From Acidimicrobiales bacterium (lineage in GTDB: Bacteria; Patescibacteriota; Minisyncoccia; Phycocordibacterales; UBA918), in NCBI GenBank assembly GCA_047638595.1, contig JBLIMJ010000002.1, positions 640 to 64,639 on the forward strand: DNA of 64,000 nucleotides, read 5' to 3'. Under the pieces are notes generated by a model. The model did not search any database. It was given only the letters and a program-made list of their open reading frames with translations, and had not been told where the DNA came from. The translations under genes and the position numbers were made by a program. The number at the start of each line of letters is the position of its first letter. Position 1 is the stretch's first letter. Positions 58,525 to 64,000 of the stretch are shown piece after piece.

Positions 58525-59772
58525 ATGGATTTTGTTAAAGATTTTACAGTCACCAAAGAAGAGAATTCCCAAGTTAAAATTGAAGGAGAAATTCCTTTTG
58601 ACGTACTTGAAAAGCACCGAGCGAAGGCTATTAAAAACTACGGGAAGGACATGGAGATCGATGGTTTTAGAAAGGGTCACGTACCTGAAGCTGAAGTGGT
58701 AAAAAGAGTAGGAGAAATGGGTATTCTTACAGAAATGGCTGAACGAGCAATCGCCGAAGCATATCCTGAGGCATGTAAGCATCACGAAATAGATGCTATT
58801 GGGTACCCACAATTACAAATCACAAAAATTGCAGAAGGTAACCCACTTGGGTTCACTGCAACGGTTGCAGTTATGCCTGAAATTACTCTTCCGGACTATA
58901 AAGAAATTGCTGCAGAGGTAAATAAAGAAAAAGCTTCTATTGAAGTAACTGACGAAGAAATTGAAACACAAGTAAAAGACATCCTCCGGCAAAAAACTGC
59001 ATACGAGCGAATGCAGTCAGCCGCAGCAAAGAAAGATGAGTCTGAAACAACAACTGAAGATATGGGAGACACAACTGAGCTCCCTACCCCAGAGACTGTC
59101 GAGGCAGATACACATACCCATGATGATGGTACTGTTCATGAAGGTGCTGAACATGATGAAACACAGACACACACGCATGAAGACGGTACTGTGCACGAAG
59201 GTCCAGCACACGACGATGAAGAATTAAAAGCGGTGACTGATGATGAACTTCCAGAGCTTACCGATGAGTATGTAAAAACTCTTGGAGAGCCAGGACAGTT
59301 TGAAACAGTCAAAGGTTTCAAAGATAAAATAAAGGAGCATCTTGCTATTGAAAAAGAGAAAGAGGTGCACGCGGCACATCGTGCAAAAATCACTGATAAA
59401 ATTGTCGATGAAACAGTCATGAACCTTCCGCGTATACTCATTGACTCAGAGATTGAACAAATGTTTGCTCAAATGAATGAAGACCTCAAACGAGCAAATC
59501 TTGAAATGGACGACTACCTTGGACATATCAAGAAAACCAAAGAGGACCTCATCACCGAATGGGAGCCTGCTGCAGAAAAACGAGCAAAGCTTCAATTGGT
59601 ACTAAATGAAGTTGCTAAGAAAGAAGAAACAAAGCCTGACCAAGCACAAGTTGACACACAAGTTGACCAACTTCTCGAACAGTATAAAGACGCAGACGAA
59701 ACACGCGTGCGTGTATATGTTGCGTCTGTCATGACTAACGAAGCAGTCATGAAGATGCTTGAGGAAGCGTAA
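58525..59772 (+). CDS. tig: trigger factor lacking a recognisable FKBP domain
   Basis: GFRKGHVP ribosome-binding motif; LPELTDE; upstream of clpP. Confidence 0.92.
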   Translation: MDFVKDFTVTKEENSQVKIEGEIPFDVLEKHRAKAIKNYGKDMEIDGFRKGHVPEAEVVKRVGEMGILTEMAERAIAEAYPEACKHHEIDAIGYPQLQITKIAEGNPLGFTATVAVMPEITLPDYKEIAAEVNKEKASIEVTDEEIETQVKDILRQKTAYERMQSAAAKKDESETTTEDMGDTTELPTPETVEADTHTHDDGTVHEGAEHDETQTHTHEDGTVHEGPAHDDEELKAVTDDELPELTDEYVKTLGEPGQFETVKGFKDKIKEHLAIEKEKEVHAAHRAKITDKIVDETVMNLPRILIDSEIEQMFAQMNEDLKRANLEMDDYLGHIKKTKEDLITEWEPAAEKRAKLQLVLNEVAKKEETKPDQAQVDTQVDQLLEQYKDADETRVRVYVASVMTNEAVMKMLEEA

Positions 59773-59873
59773 GCCTTCTCGCAGAGAGACAATCAAAACC
59801 CACTATCACATATGTTAGTGGGTTTTGTTTATGTATCAAAAAAGCCCGGCGTGCAGCCGGGCTTTCCGTATTA

Positions 59874-60101
59874 TTATGTGGCTTGAAGAGCACTATTAAC
59901 TGCAAATGAAAGAGATAAAACAAGACCGACAATAGACCTCCTCAACCGTCCATCATCCTTTACCAACATCCACAAGCGTTTCGTGATAGTTGCATGTAAA
60001 TACTGAAGTGGCGGATGTTGCATTACTTTTTCATGATGAGTAACCACTCGTAAGTATACAAGCACTGCCGCAAACACGCTTAGGATTGTAAAATTCCACA
60101 T
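59874..60101 (-). CDS. small membrane hypothetical protein
   Basis: GGAGG SD before MWNF; two hydrophobic stretches. Confidence 0.4.
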   Translation of the reverse strand: MWNFTILSVFAAVLVYLRVVTHHEKVMQHPPLQYLHATITKRLWMLVKDDGRLRRSIVGLVLSLSFAVNSALQAT

Positions 60102-60291
60102 TTGCCTATCCTCCAAAATGTATATATCCAAAAGCACTGTACACTTCATGAGTACGTAAGTAAAGATGACTTCCTTTTTTTAATCTATCTTCATATCATT
60201 AATGATATGAAGATAGATACGTTTGTCGGTTGACAGAAAATTAATATATATATCATAAAAATATCCAAAATATTTCTGAAAGGAAAATGAT

Positions 60292-60441
60292 ATGTTTAGG
60301 ATTAACCTGCAGAAACCTATCTGCATCGAAGGTGACGGTGGTACTGCAATAATTTCCAGAACCGGTTGCATCACTGACGGAGCGCCGGTGCATAAACCTG
60401 AAGGTGACGGCATCAACAATTTGGTCGACACCACAATTTAG
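60292..60441 (+). CDS. possible 49 aa small protein
   Basis: AAAGGA SD and upstream TTGACA; MFRINLQKPICIEGDGG...EGDGINNLVDTTI. Confidence 0.35.
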   Translation: MFRINLQKPICIEGDGGTAIISRTGCITDGAPVHKPEGDGINNLVDTTI

Positions 60442-60570
60442 GATCATCATCCTGATCCGACCACGACGCTTCTTACTTGAAGCGTCGTTTTTCATTTCCA
60501 ACCCGCCCACTTTCTGGTACAGTACCACCATACTGATACGAAATATTAATTGAAATTATTGAAACCTTAT

Positions 60571-61170
60571 ATGAATGAACATACACAAGAAACGGGACAG
60601 TTGGTCCCAATGGTGATTGAAAAAACTCCTGGTGGAGAACGGGCGTTTGATATTTACTCACGGCTTTTAAAAGAAAGGATTATCTTTATTACTGGTGGTA
60701 TAGAAGACCATATGGCCAATCTAGTAGTAGCACAACTTCTATTCCTCGAAGCAGAAGATCCTAAGAAAGACATCTTCATATATGTAAACTCTCCTGGAGG
60801 AAGTGTGACTGCTGGACTGTCTATTATAGACACAATGAACCACATTAAGCCTGACATCGCCACTGTGTGTGTAGGGATGGCAGCGTCAATGGGATCACTC
60901 ATTCTTTCACAGGGAACCAAAGGTAAACGGGCAGTACTGCCAAACGCAGAAGTAATGATTCATCAGCCCAGTGGTGGTGCATACGGACAAGCTTCCGATA
61001 TCGATATAACTGCAAAGCACATCCTAAAGACTCGAGACCGTCTGAATAAAATGCTTGCAAAAGCGACAGGAAAACCACTTGCTCAGGTTGAAAAAGACGT
61101 AGACCGAGATTTCTTCATGGATGCACAAGAAGCAAAAAAATATGGCATCATTGATTCAATTTATAAATAA
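60571..61170 (+). CDS. clpP: ATP-dependent Clp protease proteolytic subunit
   Basis: [34 protein letters not shown]. Confidence 0.98.
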   Translation: MNEHTQETGQLVPMVIEKTPGGERAFDIYSRLLKERIIFITGGIEDHMANLVVAQLLFLEAEDPKKDIFIYVNSPGGSVTAGLSIIDTMNHIKPDIATVCVGMAASMGSLILSQGTKGKRAVLPNAEVMIHQPSGGAYGQASDIDITAKHILKTRDRLNKMLAKATGKPLAQVEKDVDRDFFMDAQEAKKYGIIDSIYK

Positions 61171-61307
61171 ATTAATCAATGATGAGCCGGAGCGTGAAAA
61201 GTGACTCAATGTCACTTTGCAAGACTCATTGAGACCTTAGTCCAATGAGTGGACAGTTCCTGTAAGGAATTAGAAACCTGACGCTCATTGATTCAATTTA
61301 TAAATAG
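61148..61307 (+). repeat. 22 bp direct duplication of the clpP 3' end flanking a family B element
   Basis: tcattgattcaatttataaata at 61148-69 and 61285-306. Confidence 0.85.
61194..61266 (+). repeat. family B element
   Basis: gtga-aaagtgac/gtcacttt-gcaaga-ctcattg/caatgag-tggacagttcctgtaag. Confidence 0.8.
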
Positions 61308-61430
61308 AGTTAAAAGCGCACCCGTAGGGTGCGCTTTTATCGACAATACCTACTAATTCTGCTATGTTTTGTAGTATCGGTAAACTACAGAGATGTCAGA
61401 AACGACTGATTATTAATTTATACATACCCT

Positions 61431-62960
61431 ATGCCCCCAGTAATACTACTGTCTGCAGTTGCTGCAGCACTCGCATTCGGCATAGCTTCTGGATACTATC
61501 TTCGACACCTGCACGCATTGTCAAAGAAATCTTCATTTGAACTCAATCTAAAAGAGAGAGAGCTTAATGCTGAAGAGAAAGCACTCAAAGTTCTTGAAAG
61601 AGCTGAGGAGAAAGCTGGAAAGATAGAAGCTGAAGCTAAAGCCGAAATTAAAGAAAAGGAAGAAGCAATCAAACATAAAGAAACCCGCCTTGAAAAAAAA
61701 GAGGAGCTTCTTGATGATAGACAAATAACTCTCGACTCTGAAAAAGAAGCAGTCCGTGCAAAAATTGATGAAGTAAAGGAAATCAAAGGACGTCTCGACG
61801 ACCGTAAAGGCGAGCTCGACACAAAGCTTGAAGAAGTTGCAAGTCTTACCCAAGAAGATGCATTTGAACAAGTGGTAACGCGAATGGAGAAAGAACGTGC
61901 TGAAGACCTCAGCGGACGAATAGTAAAACTTGAACGTGCCGGTGACGAGGCGTACGAAACTCAAGCACAAAACCTACTTCTGGCAGCTATTCATCGCATG
62001 GGTAACAACATGCATACCAGTGTAATGACTTCTAACGTGGAAATCCCAAGTGATGACATGAAGGGTAAGGTCATTGGAAGAGAAGGTCGGAATGTCCGCA
62101 CCTTTGAACGCCTCACTGGAGTTGATGTTCTTATCGATGATACTCCTGGCTACATTACACTCTCTTCATTCGATCCTATTCGAAGAGAAATTGCCCGAGT
62201 AGCACTTGAGGCACTTATGAAAGATGGTCGCATTCAACCTGCAAAAATTGAAGAAATAGTAGACGTATCACGAAAGGAGGTAGCTACAATGGTCCGAAAA
62301 ATGGGTGACAAAGCTGCATTTGAAGCAGGTGTGCCAAATCTTCATCCTGATCTGCTTACTATTCTCGGTCGTCTCCACTTCCGTACCAGTTACGGGCAAA
62401 ATGTACTCTGGCACTCCGTAGAAATGGCACAGATGGCCGGTGTCATTGCTGAAGAAATCGGAGCAGATGTTGCAGTTGCCCAAGCAGGTGCACTCTTACA
62501 CGATATCGGTAAGACCGTCAGTCATGAAGTGCAAGGAACACATGTCGAGATTGGTATTCGTATACTCCAGAAGTATGAAGTGGACGAGAAAGTAATTCTC
62601 GCAATGCGCGCGCACCATGAAGAATATCCATACGAAACACCTGAATCTATTATCGTACAAGTGGTTGATTCTCTTTCAGGAGCACGCCCTGGTGCACGTC
62701 GTGATTCTATTGAGAACTACATTAAGCGCTTAACCGAACTCGAAGCAATTGCTACTGAACTCGAAGGAGTAGATAAAGCATTTGCCATCTCTGCAGGGCG
62801 AGAGATACGCGTTATTGTAAACCCTGAAAAACTTTCTGACCTTGAGAGTAATACGCTTGCTCGCACTATCGCTACAACTATTGAAGCACAACTTCGATAC
62901 CCTGGTGAGATTAAGGTGCATGTTATACGTGAGACTCGCGTCATCTCCTACGCTCGTTAG
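61431..62960 (+). CDS. rny: ribonuclease Y
   Basis: N-terminal TM, KH domain (KGKVIGREGRN), HD domain (LLHDIGK), ARPGAR. Confidence 0.97.
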   Translation: MPPVILLSAVAAALAFGIASGYYLRHLHALSKKSSFELNLKERELNAEEKALKVLERAEEKAGKIEAEAKAEIKEKEEAIKHKETRLEKKEELLDDRQITLDSEKEAVRAKIDEVKEIKGRLDDRKGELDTKLEEVASLTQEDAFEQVVTRMEKERAEDLSGRIVKLERAGDEAYETQAQNLLLAAIHRMGNNMHTSVMTSNVEIPSDDMKGKVIGREGRNVRTFERLTGVDVLIDDTPGYITLSSFDPIRREIARVALEALMKDGRIQPAKIEEIVDVSRKEVATMVRKMGDKAAFEAGVPNLHPDLLTILGRLHFRTSYGQNVLWHSVEMAQMAGVIAEEIGADVAVAQAGALLHDIGKTVSHEVQGTHVEIGIRILQKYEVDEKVILAMRAHHEEYPYETPESIIVQVVDSLSGARPGARRDSIENYIKRLTELEAIATELEGVDKAFAISAGREIRVIVNPEKLSDLESNTLARTIATTIEAQLRYPGEIKVHVIRETRVISYAR

Positions 62961-63076
62961 TATTATTTTAATACCTAGCTTTGTTGAGCTTCAAAAAATA
63001 TTATTCACCGTATGTTCATACGACTCATGATATTTTTATCACTCGCCTCGCTATGTATTAAAAATAATACTAACGA
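62954..63076 (+). repeat. family A element overlapping the rny stop
   Basis: tcaccgtat-gttc-atacgactc core; tcgttagtattatttt pairs with aaaataatactaacga. Confidence 0.85.
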
Positions 63077-63139
63077 CATACAGATACGTAATAAAACAAA
63101 ACACCGCGGACCATTTGAGTCCGCGGTGTTTTATGTTCC

Positions 63140-63706
63140 TTACTCCTCAAGCTTCACTGCAACCACAAACGCCGTATAGTTAAACTTTAAATCTTGAATT
63201 GATTCTTCCAATATCTCTAAGTCATAGAGTTCGGCACAACGTCGTGGAGCGATAACTGCAGTCGTGTCAGCCAATGTACCGTTACCTAAATCTTCTGCCG
63301 CTTTAGCAGTATCAGCATACTGAGAAATCTCCGCGTCAGGCCATACGCGTTGCAAATACATACGACACTGTTTGATTGCTTGATCATGTGAAGTAACGGC
63401 AGTAATGTGTGAAGAAGTCATGCCTGGCTTCACTAAAAGCATGTGGTGTACATCAATCTCAAACATCCGTTCTACGGAAAAGCGATGTTTCGCCATGGCA
63501 TGTACTGCTTCTATTACGATGCCACCATTACTATTTTCAATCGGGAAAATTCCTCGATCAATTTCACCTGCTTCAAGTGCTGTCAGTACTGTTTCAGCAC
63601 TAATAAGTGGGAGTATTACTGCGTTTTTTATAAAATGCTGTGCGACATAATCTTCACCTGCTTTTTCAGAGAAACTCCCTTTGGCTCCCATAATTCCAAT
63701 TTTCAT
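63140..63706 (-). CDS. pheA: prephenate dehydratase catalytic domain (no ACT domain)
   Basis: G.KGSFSE, PIENSNGG.V, SHDQAIKQC, DTAKAA, NYTAF. Confidence 0.85.
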   Translation of the reverse strand: MKIGIMGAKGSFSEKAGEDYVAQHFIKNAVILPLISAETVLTALEAGEIDRGIFPIENSNGGIVIEAVHAMAKHRFSVERMFEIDVHHMLLVKPGMTSSHITAVTSHDQAIKQCRMYLQRVWPDAEISQYADTAKAAEDLGNGTLADTTAVIAPRRCAELYDLEILEESIQDLKFNYTAFVVAVKLEE

Positions 63707-63887
63707 CACGACAGAATACCACAGTGTAAAAATGTGGAAAACATTACAACACACAAAATGCTCATTACTAGACGTTGCAGGGAAATAACCTTGCTATATA
63801 ATGTTTTACAAGCCATTAGGGCACCGTGTCAGGGTTATAAGCCGACACACAAATGTTTTACTCGCCATTAGTTAATATTCAGACAAT

Positions 63888-64000
63888 ATGAATAAGGCAG
63901 ACATCATTAATAGAGTACACGAAGAGCTTGGTATCACTAAAGCTGATGCAGAACGAGCAATCGAGACAGTAATGTCTAGCATCGTGGAAACATTAGCAGC
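63888..64000 (+). CDS. hup: DNA-binding protein HU, 3' truncated by window edge
   Basis: MNKADIINRVHEELGITKADAERAIETV. Confidence 0.85.
   Translation, partial: MNKADIINRVHEELGITKADAERAIETVMSSIVETLA

Noticed and set aside
1-64000. Alternative genetic code (TGA recoded, as in Gracilibacteria/SR1)
   Set aside because: Conserved genes are full-length under code 11 with no in-frame TGA.

Overview
Core-genome window of a small-genome bacterium, most likely Patescibacteria/CPR (Parcubacteria-like). This is inferred from the missing rpmD/uL30 between rpsE and rplO, AT-rich starts without Shine-Dalgarno (SD) sequences, a type IV pilus/ComEC set and a reduced trigger factor. The minus strand carries the str-S10-spc ribosomal cluster (rpsL, rpsG, a ~12 kb accessory block, fusA, tuf, rpsJ to secY), broken up by accessory genes and internal promoters. 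The rest holds rpmB, a split comEC, sod, rnhA, recJ, HIT, ybaK, pgk, tpiA, pilin/pilC/pilB, nusA, ppaC, tig, clpP, rny, pheA and the start of HU. The most unusual signal is non-coding: at least three families of short structured repeats sit at the stop codons of highly expressed genes. Family A (ERIC-like, 9 copies) always has the same orientation relative to transcription, and its outer stems reach or pair with the host gene's last codons. Family B (~73-84 bp, GTGA...CTGTAA(G), 6 copies) is inserted inside family A or next to gene ends. Family C has 3 copies. At rplB, fusA, clpP and rpsG the gene's 3' end is duplicated beyond the element, with mostly synonymous changes, and at rplB an internal complementary segment covaries with the duplicated target. 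No transposase, tRNA, rRNA or CRISPR array was recognised. All protein family calls are from motif recognition, not database searches.
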